Shown one piece after another: positions 63,501-64,000 of a DNA stretch of 64,000 nucleotides. Origin of the DNA: Raillietiella orientalis. Taxonomy: Eukaryota. The position numbers and the translations under genes were made by a program. The notes under the pieces were generated by a model. It was given only the letters and a program-made list of their open reading frames with translations. It was not told where the DNA came from and did not search any database. The number at the start of each line of letters is the position of its first letter. Positions within the stretch are counted from its first letter, which is position 1. Location of the stretch: contig JAYWIR010000001.1 in the NCBI GenBank assembly GCA_036172245.1, forward strand, positions 11,098,001-11,162,000. Reading direction: 5' to 3'.

Positions 63501-64000
63501 CGAGGAGGGAAAGAAGCAAAAAAATAAAAGAGAAAAAATCCTCCGGAGCGGCGGATCCCAGGAAACACGACCAATTCCAGAGGTGGATTCCTCCGTGGGC
63601 TGCGCACCCTCGGCGGGCCCCTCGCCTTCGCAGCGGTGCCGGCGGCGCTCTGGACCCGATGGAACGTGGTCGGGACATCGCCTGTTGGAGTAGGACGCGC
63701 CCAGCTGCCCAGAATGCGCGCTTCCTGGGAGGACGTCCCAAGTCCTCTCCGCTTCCTCTTAACCCGCCCAACTGTCGTCGGCTGGGCTGCGATCGTTTCG
63801 GTCCCATCTCCCCCCCCCCCCCTTCCACACCCGTCGCGGTAACTCCCGGCGCACCGCTGGCCAAACAAGCGCGCACGCGCGTCTGGGGTCATCCCCGTCG
63901 GGGACGTCGGGAACGCAGGAGGGAAGGGCAGGCGGCTGTTCGCCTTCCCGCACACGAAGGGGCTCTCTGGACCCTCCTGGAGACGTTCCTCGTAGGAAGA

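Noticed and set aside
17000..64000. GC-rich block as an endogenous giant virus, bacterial insert or rDNA spacer
   Set aside because: No viral hallmark genes, no gene-dense coding structure and no rRNA motifs; the content is eukaryotic retroelement debris and microsatellites.

Overview
Eukaryotic (metazoan, probably arthropod-like) genomic DNA; I see no prokaryotic features, CRISPR array, rRNA or convincing tRNA. The left ~16.7 kb is AT-rich (spot counts ~25-45% GC). It carries one clear protein-coding gene on the minus strand: dystroglycan, which I reconstructed by hand as 9 coding exons (~1044-1067 aa) with six introns of only 41-49 nt. The right ~47 kb is GC-rich (spot counts ~60-70%) and has no recognisable host gene. 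It is a graveyard of heavily decayed retroelements (L1/Tx1, RTE, CR1/L2/Jockey-like LINEs and Gypsy pol fragments), mixed with purine/pyrimidine tracts and short AT-rich islands carrying homeodomain/forkhead motifs. The many long Arg/Pro/Gly-rich ORFs there are most likely compositional artefacts. Most interesting leads: every Gypsy relic I recognised in the GC domain lies on the minus strand (candidate uni-strand piRNA-cluster-like locus, or intronic orientation bias); the relics appear to have decayed towards GC across a sharp boundary; dystroglycan has micro-introns, a hidden in-frame intron, an overlapping uORF and a degenerate terminal PPxY motif. All TE calls rest on motif recognition by eye and their boundaries are approximate. 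I cannot demonstrate a novel system from the sequence alone.
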